A program made the position numbers and the translations under genes. Under the pieces are notes generated by a model. It did not search any database. It had not been told where the DNA came from and saw only the letters and a list, made by a program, of their open reading frames with translations. A DNA stretch of 64,000 nt from the human T2T-CHM13v2.0 reference genome, Homo sapiens: NCBI RefSeq assembly GCF_009914755.1, contig NC_060934.1; one strand, 5' to 3'. The number at the start of each line of letters is the position of its first letter. Positions within the stretch are counted from its first letter, which is position 1. This document shows positions 1 through 26,974 of the stretch, piece after piece.

Positions 1-204
1 CACTCCAGTCTAGTGACAGAGCAAAACTCTGTCACAAAAAAAAAAAAGAATTTTTTTTGCCAAATATGGAATTATTGGCTGTAATTTTTTTTAATTGATC
101 ACATTAAATGTATCACTTACTATATCCTCCAAAGACTCTCGTAAGAAATCTGTGGATCACCTTGTTCAGGATCCCTTGTACCCCATGATTCTTGTTTCTC
201 TTCC

Positions 205-966
205 TACTTTTTGTTTTGTTTTGTTTTGTTTTTTATTTATTTATTTATTTATTTTTAATTTTATTATTATTATACTTTAAGTTTTAGGGTACATGTGCAC
301 AATGTGCAGGTTTGTTACATATGTATACATGTGCCATGTTGGTGTGCTGCACCCATTAACTCGTCATTTAGCATTAGGTATATCTCCTAATGCTATCCCT
401 CCCCCCTCCCCCCACACCACAACAGGCCCCGGTGTGTGATGTTCCCCTTCCTGTGTCCATGTGTTCTCATTGTTCAATTCCCACTATGAGTGAGAACATG
501 TGGTGTTTGGTTTTTTTTGTCCTTGCGATAGTTTGCTGAAAATGATGGTTTCCAGTTTCATCCATGTCCCTACAAAGGACGTGAACTCATCATTTTTTAT
601 GACTGCATAGTATTCCATGGTGTATATGTGCCACATTTTCTTAATCCAGTCTATCGTTGTTGGTCTTTTAGGTTGGTTCCAAGTCTTTGCTATTGTGAAT
701 AGTGCTGCAATAAACATACGTGTGCATGTGTCTTTATAGCAGCATGATTTATAATCCTTTGGGTATATACCCAGTAATGGGATGGCTGGGTCAAATGGTA
801 TTTCTAGTTCAAGATCCCTGAGGAATCACCACACTGACTTCCACAATGGTTGAACTAGTTAACAGTCCCACCAACAGTGTAAAAGTGTTCCTATTTCTCC
901 ACATCCTCTCCAGCACCTGTTGTTTCTTGACTTTTTAATGATCGCCATTCTAACTGGTGTGAGATA
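205..966 (-). mobile_element. 5'-truncated L1PA (3' end), inserted into an Alu A-tail; left arm only
   Basis: T-rich tail followed by tatactttaagttttagggtacatgtgcacaatgtgcagg. The ORF at 484-717 matches the L1 ORF2 C-terminus (MFIAALFTIAKTWNQPK...WIKKMWHIYTMEYY). Absent at the mirror site near 46940. Confidence 0.9.
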
Positions 967-1230
967 TTTTTTTTTGGGAGGGGGGATTGAGTTTTGCTCT
1001 TGTTGCCCAAGCTGGAGTGCAATGGTGCAATCTCGACTCACTGCAACCTCCACCTCCTGGGTTCAAGCTATTTTCCGGGATTAGCCTCCTGAGTAGCTGG
1101 AATTACAGGTGTGCACCCCCATGCCTGGCTAATTTTTTGTATTTTTAGTAGAAATAGGGTTTCACCATGTTAGCCAGGCTGGTCTCGAACTCCTGACCTC
1201 AGGTGATCCGCCTGCCTCGGCTCCCAAAAT
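967..1230 (-). mobile_element. Alu (AluS-like, 5' truncated); mirror copy at about 46697-46960
   Basis: gttgcccaagctggagtgcaatggtgcaatctc...tcctgacctcaggtgatccgcctgcctcgg. Confidence 0.9.
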
Positions 1231-1854
1231 CTCTTGCTATTTAAAGATTATCTCTTTGTCTGGCTTTTAGAGTTGGATGATAACACATACAGATCTGGGT
1301 CTCTTAGAGTTTATACTATTTGCAGTTCTTTAAGTGGCCTGAATTTGTAGATTGTTGTCTTTAACCAATTTGAAAAAGTTTTGATGTTTTTATTCTCCAA
1401 ATAATCTGTCTACCACCATGGGTTTGCACTTCTCCTTCTGGGAATCCAATACTATCATACTGGTCGGCTTGAAGCTGTCCCATAAGTCCCTTAGGACCGG
1501 TTCACATTTCTTTATTCTTGTTTCGTGTCCTTAGACTCAGGAACTTCAAATGCGCTATCCCTATGTGTATTGATTATATCTTCATCCTGCTCAAAGTTGC
1601 TATTGAAACACCCTCTGGTGAGTTCTTCATTCAGGTACTTTTTTTGCTCCAATTTTTTCCTTTTTTATAATTTCTATATTACTACTGTATCGTGATTTTC
1701 TTATTGTTTTCAGATTTTCTGTAGTTCTTAGTCCATATTTTTCATTAGCAATTTTAGCATATTTAAGCAGCTGTTTAAATGCTTCTCTACTAATTTTAAT
1801 GCCTGTGATTCTTCAGGAAAGATTTCTACTAATTTATTTTCTTTCTCATAATGA

Positions 1855-2210
<356 letters not shown>

Positions 2211-3668
2211 TGTATGCCTTGTTATTTTATCTAATTGGGCATTTGAAAAAATAAACATCTTTTTTACTGTATATAGATTTGTTCTATGTCATGACAGTCA
2301 TTAACTTATATGTGTGGCAGGTTCTCAGTCAAGGCATCAGCCCTACATAAAACCTCAAGTCCTTCTTAGTTTGTTTCTGAACATGCACCTACGTGGACTG
2401 TGTTTGCCCTTTTATGTATCCCCAAATAACCAATGGCTTTTGAATTGCTTACTATTATGAAATTTCGCATCCCAGTTTCTCCTCAATGGCTTAGATGGAC
2501 TATTGCATGTCTCTTCCCCTGGCCTTTTGCCTATAACATCTGTATGTGTATAGTCACCCTGAATCTCTACTGAGCCACTCCAGAAATAAATAAGTTTATT
2601 TCAGTCAATTTTAGGTATTTTCTGATGTTTCCATGAGTTATATGGGAATCTTAGAATCCACCATCTTGTTGAAATTACTCTGTGAAAAATTTCAATATCT
2701 TTATAATATTACATTTATGTCAATGATAACAATTTACCTATTTTTCAATTTCTGTTTGTTTTATGAAAAAGCAAATAGAAGCAATCAGGGCACTGCAAGT
2801 TGTGACTACTCCAAGATGTGAATCATGGATCATGCAAATTACAATCATGTTTTAACCTGACCTCCAAAGGGAGAATAAAGTAAAAATTATCCCATGCGAG
2901 GATTATTCACCAGTTTATATGTCATTAGTTACCAGTTTTTCTTTATGAATAATGTTTAGCAATATTATAAAGTATATCTAATAGTTATCATATTTTGGCT
3001 TGTTACTTTTTGGTAGCAATTCATAAAAATGGCTGGAAAAGACAAATAAGGCACTGTTTGCATGTTACAAATTATATCCAAAGTCCAAAAGCTGTTAATA
3101 AGAAATCTTCCAATAAAACCACATCATATTTTCTTTTTTATTTACACCCACATCAGGATTACAACTTTATCAGGACTGCACCTTGATCAGGAAGGGATGT
3201 TTCTCTTACAAGGCTAATAAGAAAGGAACAATAAATTTGCTGATGAAAATAATGCATTAAAAAATTTTAACTTTAATTTTTAATTGAGGGCAATATTTTA
3301 AAGAAATGCTCATTAGTCATTCCTTTAAATTGTGTGTGTGAGAGAGAGAAAAATGAAAATTAGTCATTTCAAATGCTGCAAGATGCAGAAGGAACTCATC
3401 ATCATGACACAAACAAAAAAGAGCTGTGCCGCTAGAGGTTTCTGTATTCTTATGTAAAGTCACAATTTGTTCTACAAATCTCTTTGAGTAATTTATGTCT
3501 CATATATAGAGATCTGGAATAGCAAAAATACTTCAGAGGAAATTAATGAGTGTATCATGACCACATAATAATTTACTTATGAATTTTCTTAGGTAAGAAA
3601 CGGTTGAACTGGATGCAATTTTTATCACAGCTTGTGTAAGACTGCCTCTGTCCCTCCTCTCACATGCC

Positions 3669-3680
3669 ATTGGTTAACCA
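3669..3680 (+). promoter_or_regulatory. Inverted CCAAT (NF-Y-type) box overlapping the palindrome TGGTTAACCA, AKR1C1 proximal promoter
   Basis: ATTGG at 3669-3673, about 105 bp upstream of the ATG; weak TATA-like cttata near 3719. Confidence 0.6.
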
Positions 3681-3775
3681 GCAGACAGTGTGCTCAGGGG
3701 CGTTGCCAGCTCATTGCTCTTATAGCCTGTGAGGGAGGAAGAAAGAAACATTTGCCAGCCAGGCTAGTGACAGAA

Positions 3776-18073
<14,298 letters not shown>

Positions 18074-18264
18074 CATGGAGGGCATTGCATGAGGTCTGCC
18101 AGAAGGCCCTGCGTGTGGATGGTGACACAGAGGATGGCTCTATGCTGGTGACTGGACACATCGCCTCTGGTTAAATCTCTCCTGCTTGGTGATTTCAGCA
18201 AGCTACAGCAAAGCCCATTGGCCAGAAAGGAAAGACAATAATTTTGTTTTTTCATTTTGAAAAA

Positions 18265-18270
18265 ATTAAA
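18265..18270 (+). terminator. Probable proximal poly(A) signal (ATTAAA) of AKR1C1
   Basis: ATTAAA about 190 nt after the stop codon, followed by U/GU-rich sequence. A more distal AATAAA is at 19090-19095. Confidence 0.6.
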
Positions 18271-20711
18271 TGCTCTCTCCTAAAGATTCTTCACCTACTT
18301 TGGTCTCCATAACTTCTATGTTTTCTTTCCTTCTGACACACTAGTGCCCCTAAATTGTGATTTGCCTATACGTTTAGGGCCGGGGTTGGAAGATGTTAAC
18401 AACCATTTAAGATTCATTTCTGCAGTGGGAGTGGGTGGAGTTTCACCCTCTGGGAAAGGGGCAGGTGACAGGTATTTATCAGTCAGTGCCTCTCTAGCTC
18501 TTGTAGGAAGAAGCACACGCAGGATGGAGTCTAGAGGATGAGCGATATTGACTAGCAATTCATGGGCTCCCTCCAGCAGTGCGAGGGTCAGAGTTTCTGG
18601 AGCCTTGGGAGGAGGCATCCCTGTGAGGGGGGGTTAGGGAGATGGGAGGGCACCAGGAAAAGTGATTAGAAGTCAGGTATGGGAAGGCTAAATAGGACAG
18701 AGTCGAGTACATCTCTGCTTGGAAAAACATATCAACACCCTTTTTTTTGAACATTATATCTTGCTCATAAAAGAAAACTTTCCACATTGTTTTAACAAAC
18801 CCCACAGCTGAGAGTCAGGCCTGAATCTTTGATGTGTGCCCATTCACAACGTTGACCCTATTGGTTTGTGGTGGGGCAGGGCATCAAAGACATCATTGAC
18901 TAATCACATTCCCCTGAATAGCTCATATTTAGAAAATATTCTTAGATTCTAAAAATGTACTATTAATTTGTGATATTCAGTCTTTTAAATATTTTATACA
19001 TTAAACAGGCATAGTTACAAATATAAAACAAAAATATCCCAAAGCCATTATGCATGGCACTCAAGATTAAAATGGGAAATAATACATCTAATAAATCAAA
19101 TGTTCCAAGACTTCAAAGGTCTTTTGGAAACAGGCTATGTAAAACAGCACACTGGTTTCAAACTTTGGTAAATTTTAAGAACAACTCTTACAAAGGCATT
19201 TAATTCTTATACATAATTTTCAGGGGACCTAAGTTAATCAGCTAATCATGAAGACATGATTTTCATTTTAGAAAACACTTTTGAAAACTTGGGATAATCT
19301 CATGCCTTAATGATCAAAGCATTATGAGAAGGACAGTGGTTTTTAACCTGGGCATATGTTCTAACACATTTACTCTCCACTATTCGTACTCTGGTAGCCA
19401 TGTTAACCCCATCAGAGATTCCTTCTCAAGCCATGTCTCAGAGCTGAGAGGCATCCCAGCAAGTTTTGCAGCTCACAGTTTTTTCCGTAAATTACTTATT
19501 CTATAAAATTGGAGTAGGCCATAAACTTTGGAGGGCCCTAGACCAATTTTTTGGATTATTTTTCGTCTTCTATCATTCCGCTGATCTTAGATATTCTCTG
19601 CATTAAATATTAAATATCACTTCTAGGCTGAAAAATCCCCCTAAAAATATTTCTAGCTCAGATTTTTCCTCCAAATTCTGCAATAGAAGATCACAATGTG
19701 AACTCTGCATCTCCATGTTAAAGTCTAATGGACATTCACACTTAGCATGTCTCAAAGAAATCTCATGTAAACCATGGCCATCCTGTTCTACCTTAACTTT
19801 CTGAGTCTATGGAATGATAATTTCACATCTCATAAACTTGACTGATGTAAGTGTCAAGAAAAGATTGACATTTTGTTAAAAGTTAGTAGTGAAGTGTGTA
19901 ACGCTTAAGCAAACTTTCATATTTCAAATCTCTTTAGCAAGTGTAACTCTTTTTTCAAGATGTGAAATAATCATTAGGTCAGTCATTTGTAAATAGTACA
20001 TCTGCTATGGACTTTTTCCAGTTCTTCACCATCCATTTTTATAAAACTCTTATTGTTAAAAAAAAAGTTACTCAGAATTTCATAAAGCCAAACACCTGAT
20101 TTCAGGAACACTTGAGATGTAAGAAAATTTTATAGGGACCTCCAATCACTAATTTTCCTATTTTTTCTCTCAAAGAAATGCTGAAGGGAGGAATTCAGGT
20201 TGAATGAAAGGAAATAGTAACTTACAGCCATATAGAGTTATAAAGACTTCTTGTAAATGTGAACATATGGTAAAATATAAAAACATGTATTTTTGAAATT
20301 TTGGATTCTACTCATTATTTTACTTCAATTTAAGATATAAATGTATAGAAATAAGTATAATTCTAAGCTAATACGTATGCAATGTAGGAAGCTGTAATTA
20401 CTGACCAAAACTATGTGAAGTGGAGAAAACCTGGGGAAGTGGATGGTTTTAGATGAAACTGAAGTTAAATTCATATTGATTTAAAGTAAATTGTTATAAC
20501 TTTATAAAGTTTTTCATCATCACCACAGCAATCACAAAGAGAATAATTATGAATATACGCAAGAGGAAATGAGAAGGGAATCCAAATGTCATTAAAAAAA
20601 AATCACGCCACCTCACAAAATGGTAACAGTGGATATAAAGGATAGAAAGCTATAAACCTGGTAGGAAAACATTGAAAATGGCACAAGTGACTCCTTCCCT
20701 GTCACCAATGA

Positions 20712-21620
20712 CAGTCATGTGTTGCATAATGCCTGGGCTATCTTCTGAGAATGGCTTTGTTAGGCAACTGTGTCATGGTGGGGACATGATAGCATTAGAG
20801 AGAATTCTCTCAAACACTGTCATGGCCTTATCAACTATGCTTCTGTAATATTCTGAATCCTTCGCTGCCTTTCCAACAGTGTTTACAACGGTTTCCTAAG
20901 AAATGAAATCCATTTCACCAAACCACTTTTCTTGCTCATCCATAAGAAACACTTCTCCTTTGTTAAAATTACATCATGAGATTGCAAGCATTCAGTAACT
21001 TGCAAGCTCCAATTTGAATTCTAGTTGTCTTGCTATTTCCACCACATCTGCAATTACTTTCTCCACTGAAATCTTGCATTCCTCCAAGTCATCCAGGAGG
21101 GTTGAATTCACTTCTTTCAAACTCCTGTTCAAGTAAATGTTTTGCCCTCCTGTCACGAATCATGAATGTTTTTAATGGCATCTAGAATAGTAAATCTTTT
21201 TCAGAAGATTTTCAATTTTCTTTTCCCAGGTTCTTCAGACAAGTCACCATGGTAGCTGTAGACTTATGAAATGTATTTCCTGAACCATAAAACAAGAACA
21301 TCAAAATTACTCTATGATCCATGGGAAACAGAATGCATGTTGTGTTAGCAGGCATGGAAAGAACAGTAATCTCTTTCAACCTCTGTAAGAGAGTTCTTGG
21401 TTGATTAGGTACCTTGTCGATAGGCAGTTCTAATTTCAAAGAACTTTTTCTTTTGCTGAGCAGTAAGTCTTAACAGTGGGCTTAAAATATTCAGTAAACC
21501 ATTATTTAAGGAGATGTGGCTTAAATATCTAGGCTTTCTTGCTTTATTTATAGAACACTTACAGAGTAGATATAGATTAAATCTTAAGGACCCTAGGATT
21601 GTTAGAATAGTAAATGAACA
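20712..21620 (-). mobile_element. Tigger-family DNA transposon fragments; mirrored at about 26265-27700
   Basis: Tigger-like TIR cagtcatgtgttgcataa. Internal sequence (ttgctatttccaccacatctgc; peptide SMPANTTCILFPMDHRVI in ORF 21212-21439) resembles the Tigger1 DDE transposase. Confidence 0.7.
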
Positions 21621-21789
21621 TCATATGTTGTAATATAGTTAGCCAGGGAGGGGAAAGATCTCTACAAGAAATAATTTTAAAAACTACTCAAAGAAATCAG
21701 AGATATCACAAAATGACAAAATAAGTACAGGGGCAGCAAAAGGTAACAGATGTCAACTATGAGATCTCATCAAGAACTAAGAAAATGGA

Positions 21790-23387
21790 GAAAAGTACCA
21801 GATGGCAGATGGGAGGCAGTGTGAGCATGCCTCTCCCACTTGGAGATTAGTGTGTAGAGATTTACATTGTGAATTTCTTTTCAAGAACCAATGCAGAGAC
21901 TTAACAGATATATGAAAAAATTTCACATACACTCTGAAGAAGTCTCAGGCACAATCCTACTCCATGAAATAAGAAAAAACCATCACATCCCCAGATTCTG
22001 AGGGGAGAGAGTTCACTCCAGAGCATACATCCCCACTGGGGATCTGGAAATTCAGGCCACAAGAGAAGGCTTTGATCCTGTGCGGACAAGTGCCTTGAGC
22101 AGAATCCACAGGGGAGAGCTGGAAGTGCATGGCAGATATGAGCACAGAAGCTGGGTGTCCAGCCTTGTGGGCAGACCGGGAGGGATGTGGCCTGAAAGCC
22201 ATGGTTATTATCTCAGCGTGTAAGCTGATGATCTGAGGCTGGTCAGAGTTCTGTGCGCAGACTGCCTGGATGTAAACCTGGCACTGTTAGCAGAGCACTG
22301 CATGAATGAAAGGAATGAAAATAGCCTTGCCAACTGCATAGGTGCTGGGTGAGGCTCACTGTGGGGGGCGCATGGCAAGCTATTCAACATTACGTACAGG
22401 CATTTGAGGTCGGGGCATGGAAAAATACTGAGGCAGTGTGTGTATGTTATTTGTGCTGAGAATGAAACTCCTTGACCTTGAAAACAGGACAGGGCGTGGT
22501 GTGTGTGCTGTGATAAGGAATGCTGAAAACGGTCTCCTGAGAATGCGGTTTGAGTGCTTTTACAAGGCCACAGGTGTCTCACGACCTGACCTCATAAAGC
22601 CATCTAGTGGATGTTTGTGGCTTAACAAGCCCCTTCAATAAGTACTTGGCGGAGGGATGCTGGGGGGACCTTCTTAGAAGAGCTGCGCCCCACCCCCCTC
22701 CCTGGACAGCCCAGCTACAATTGTCTGAGAACTCACTGCAAGCTGTAAGCGGCCCACTACTTCCCACTCCCTTTTTTGAACTCTTCTGTGCAGCAGAGGC
22801 AATTAAACTCTCCTCTGGAACATTACCCCAGCAGCCTGAGAACCACCCCTTGGCGCTCACAGGGGCTGCAGCCTGCCTCATCCAAGGAGAGTAAGAGTGC
22901 AGACCCACCTAACCCTGGACCCACTGGTGGTACCCATCCACCCATCCTGGTAGCTTAACACAAAGATACACTTTTAGGAGCTTCATAGCCCCTCTTCCCC
23001 CATTGCCTGAGAAACCACTTTCCCTGGGCAACTTAGGGCAAGCTCAAATCCCACTGCTACCACCACAGCTGGTGCTCTTTTGCAAGTGCCACCTCCTAGC
23101 TGGAGACCAACCAGCACAGTCCACACAGCACCTCAAGGAAGAATAAATAGAACTGTTCCCAGGAAGGAGAAAATGCCTGCATGAGCTCAGCTGTTACCAC
23201 TGCGTACCACACCCTGACCAGTCAGAGGTCTTGAGTCGGTCCGCATGACAAGTTCACCGCTCGCATAACCAGCATTCAAGAAAGCCAGCACACTAAGCCT
23301 ATCTACAGCCAGGGAGTCTCAGAGTCTACGTCACTCCCCTGCCACCTCAATCAGAGCTGGTGCTGGTATCCACTGCTGGGAGACTTG
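21790..23387 (+). mobile_element. Old L1 5'-end/UTR-like fragment, truncated at the arm boundary; the right-arm copy runs further (about 24221-26090, minus)
   Basis: atggcagatgggaggcagtgtgagcatgcctctcccactt start and GC-rich L1PB/L1M-type 5' sequence; subfamily not resolved. Confidence 0.55.
22360..22752 (+). mobile_element. Solo ERV LTR, LTR3-like (HERV-K HML-6); left arm only
   Basis: About 390-bp insert starting TG, with a poly(A)-like caataa. Absent at the mirror site near 25325. Family assigned from memory of the consensus (ggaaaaatactgaggc...gaaactccttgacc...gaaaacaggacaggg); no clean TSD. Confidence 0.65.
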
Positions 23388-24220
23388 TGCTGAGGTGAAG
23401 CCTGGGCTGGATGGCTGGAGGATGAAGAACTGCACGGAGGAGATGGAGGCACCCAGACAGATGCCCCATGGACATCCTGAAGCAGAGCTGCCTCACTGCC
23501 CTGCACACACATGAGAGCGCAGCCAGGAACAGAAGGACTGGGCAACATTCAGGCGGAGCCCAGGCCAATTTTCTAAACATGGAATATGAGTTAAATAAAT
23601 GGCTTCGTATTAAAGCCTGTATGTTAAGAGGGTTTGCTTTATATCCCAAAGTATTAGTATAATCATGATCTCCTATGCATAAAAACAGGACAAACAACCC
23701 AATAAAAGAGTCAGAGAGTTAACAAGCGCTTCACAAAGATAAAACTCTAAGAGAATAAATATAAGAAGTATATACTATGTGAGTATATATGGAAAAGAAA
23801 GAAATTCACAATGATTTGGAGACTAAAGAACACCTAATTAAACTCCTTGTTTATGAAAATGAAGAAAAGGAGATGTCCCTGGCAGAGGGATACAAGGTAA
23901 ATTGTCAACTCAATGCTGAAACCCAAATCTCTTGTTTGGGTCCCATCCTAATTCTCTCCACCCATGCTGTCTTTCCTGTGGTAAAGTGGAAAACCCTTAT
24001 GATGAACACAAAGCATTTGTGCATAGAATATGCCAGGGAAAAGGAGATGGCCCAAGGGTGTCCTCAGAACCTTACAAGAAGCACATGTTTGAAGGACACT
24101 ATGCAGGAGCCCTGAGGCCCACAGCCCCGCTCCTCACCTGCACGTTCTCTCTGATACGCTGCTCATTGTAGCTCTTGGCCAGGACCAAGAAAGGAGAGGA
24201 GGCTGATGGCATTCACCTGG
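23388..24220 (-). pseudogene. Relic of a third AKR1C gene copy: exon5/intron5 junction (24220-24188) fused to the 3' part of exon 7 (24187-24138) and the start of intron 7
   Basis: Exon piece translates [16 protein letters not shown] and has an intact GT donor. 23388-24137 is a diverged homologue of AKR1C2 34911-35655. 24188-24220 matches AKR1C2 38933-38965 (19-nt exact agaaaggagaggaggctga). Confidence 0.85.
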
Positions 24221-26462
24221 AGAGTGCTTCTCCTGTGGGGGTGCAATCATCATGAATTGTTCCAGGAAGGCTCTCTATAGGTGCATCCACTCTGCGCTCC
24301 TGTGGGATAAGCCCCAGCTGTGTCTACAGTGGTGCACCAGCGGGGAACAAGGACTGCTTCTCCAGGACCTTTCTCAGTCACAGAAGCTGCCTGCCTGTTG
24401 GGGCAGAGGGGCAGGCTTTTCCTACTGCACCCAGCTCTGCAGTTGTTTGTCTGCTGCAAGAAATTTCCCAACAGTGGAAAGACCTGGGATTCAAGGGCTG
24501 CCATTCAGGTTTTTCTGTCCCACTGGTGTTCCCTTATGTGGTACTCTTTTCCCTACCCTCAAAATGGGACTTCGAGAGAGCTGGACTACAGTGATTGCTA
24601 CTGCTCTTCTGGGCCTAGCCGCCCAGTGGGCTCCCAGACTCCGGGCTGGTGCTGGATTTGTTTGCAAAGGATCCAGTGATGTGACCTGTCGTCAAGTCTC
24701 CCAGCAGTGGACACCAGCACCAGCTCTGATTGAGGTAGCGGGGAGCAACGTAGACTCGGAGATGCCTTGGATGTAGGTAGGCTCAGTGTGCTGGCTTTCT
24801 TGAACACTGGTTATGTGAGCGGTGAACTTGTCATGCGGACCGACTCAAGACCTCTGATTGGCCAGGATGTGATACGCAGTGGTAATAGCTGAGCTCATGC
24901 AGGCATTCTCTCCTTCCTGGGAACAGTTCTATGTATTCCTTGAGGTGCTGTGTGGACTGTGTTGGTTGGTCTCCAGCTAGGAGGTGGCACTTGCAAAAGA
25001 GCACCAGCTGTGGTGGTAGCAGTGGGATTTGAGCTTGCCCTAAGTTGCCCAGGGAAAGTGGTTTCTCAGGCAATGGGGAAAGGGGGGGTATGAAGCTCCT
25101 AAAAGTGTATCTTTGTGTTAAGCTACCAGGATGGGTGGATGGGTACCACCAGTGGGTCTAGGGTTAGGTGGGTCTGCACTCTAACTGTCCTTGGATGAGG
25201 CAGGCTGCAGCCCCTGTGAGGGCCAAGGGGTGGTTCTCAGGCTGCTGGGGTAATGTTCCAGAGGAGAGTTTAACTGCCTCTGCTGCACAGAAGAGTTCAC
25301 AAAGGGAGTGGGAAGTAATGGGTGGCAGCGAGCTTCACCCAGCACGCATGGAGTTGGCAAGGCAGTTTTCATTCCTTTCATTCCTGTAATGCTCTGCTAA
25401 CAGTGCCAGGTTTACATCCAAGCAATCTGTGCACAGAACTCAGACAAGCTCCAGGTCATCAGCTTTCCCACAGAGAGAATAACCATGGCTTTCAGGCCAC
25501 GTCCTTCCTGGTCTGCCCACAAGGCTGGACACCCAGCTTCTGCGCTCATGTCTGCAATGCACTTCCAGCTCTCCCCTGTGGGTTCTGCTCAAGGGCACAT
25601 GTCCTCACTTGAGATTATATCACAAAATTCAGTTGGGAGCTTCTTTTACCCTGTGATCCCTCTCTGAGCTCATTAGCTGACTTCGCCAAGGGTCCCTGTG
25701 ACATGTAGTCAGGAATGGCTTCCCTGAGTTCACACTCCTGCTGCTTCTATTTGTATATTTCACTGGCTCACTAAATCCATTCCCACTCTGCATAGGATTA
25801 AAGCCTTATCTTGTGGCCTGAATTTCCAGATTCCCAGTGGGGATGTGTGCTCTGGAGTGGACTATCTCCCCTCACAATGTGGGGCTGTGACGTTTTTTGC
25901 TTGTTTCATGGAGTAGGCTGGTGCCCGCTTCTTCTTCAAAGTGTATGTGGATTTTTATTCTTTTTTTGGTTTTTGTGTTAAGTTCCTGCATCAGTTCTTG
26001 AAAAAAAATTCACAATGTAAATCTCTACATACTAATCTGTCCTTCAAAGTGGGAGAGGCATGCTAACACTGCCTCCCATCTGCTATCTGGTACTTTTGTC
26101 CATTTTCTTAGTTCTTGATGAGATCTCATAGTTGGCATCTGTTACCTTTTGCTGCCCCTGTACTTGTTTTGTCAATTGTGTTATCTCTGATTTCTTTGAG
26201 TAGTTTTTAAATTTTTCTTGTAGAGATCTTTCCCCTCCCTGGCTATCTATATTCCTAAGTATGATGTTCATTTACTATTCCAACAATCCTAGGGCCCTTA
26301 AGATTTAAGCTACATCTACAATGCAAGTGTTCTATAAATAAAGCAAGAAATCCTAGATATTTAAGTCACATCTCCTTAAATAATGGTTTACTGAATATTT
26401 TAAGACCACTGTTAAGAAGTCCTGCTCAGCAAAAGAAAAACAATTTTTTGAAAATAGGACTA

Positions 26463-26974
26463 TGCCGGGACCAGCTCGGTCGGGGAGATGCTAACCCAGC
26501 GGCGCTAGAGGAATTAAAGACACACACACAGAAATATAGAGGTGTGAAGTGGGAAATTAGGGGTCTCACAGCCTTCAGAGCCGAGAGCCCTGAACAGAGA
26601 TTTACCGACATATTTATTAACAGCAAGCCAGTCATTAGCATTGTTTCTATAGATATTAAATTAACTAAAAGTATCCTTATGGGAAATGAAGGGATGGGCC
26701 GAATTAAAGGAATAGGTTGGGCTAGTTAACTGCAGTAGGAGCATGTCCTTAAGGCACAGATCACTCATGCTATTGTTTGTGGCTTAAGAATGCCTTTAAG
26801 CAGTTTTCTGCCCTGAGTGGACCAGGTGTTCCTTGCCCTCATTCCCCTAAACCCACGACCTTCCAGTGTGGGCGTTATGGCCATCATGAACATGTCACAG
26901 TGCTGCAGAGATTTTGTTTATGGCAAGTTTTGGGGCCAGTTTATGGCCAGATTTTGGGGGGCTTTTTCCCAACA
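26463..26974 (-). mobile_element. MER9 solo LTR (HERV-K HML-3); right arm only
   Basis: 512 bp with TG...CA ends. Minus strand starts tgttgggaaaaagccccccaaaatctggccataaactggcccc, as in MER9. 6-bp TSD ggacta/ggactg; empty site near 21424-21430. Confidence 0.9.

Noticed and set aside
24252-24776. 174-aa ORF in the palindrome spacer
   Set aside because: Lies in GC-rich L1 5'-like sequence, has no recognisable domain, and overlapping ORFs occur in several frames.
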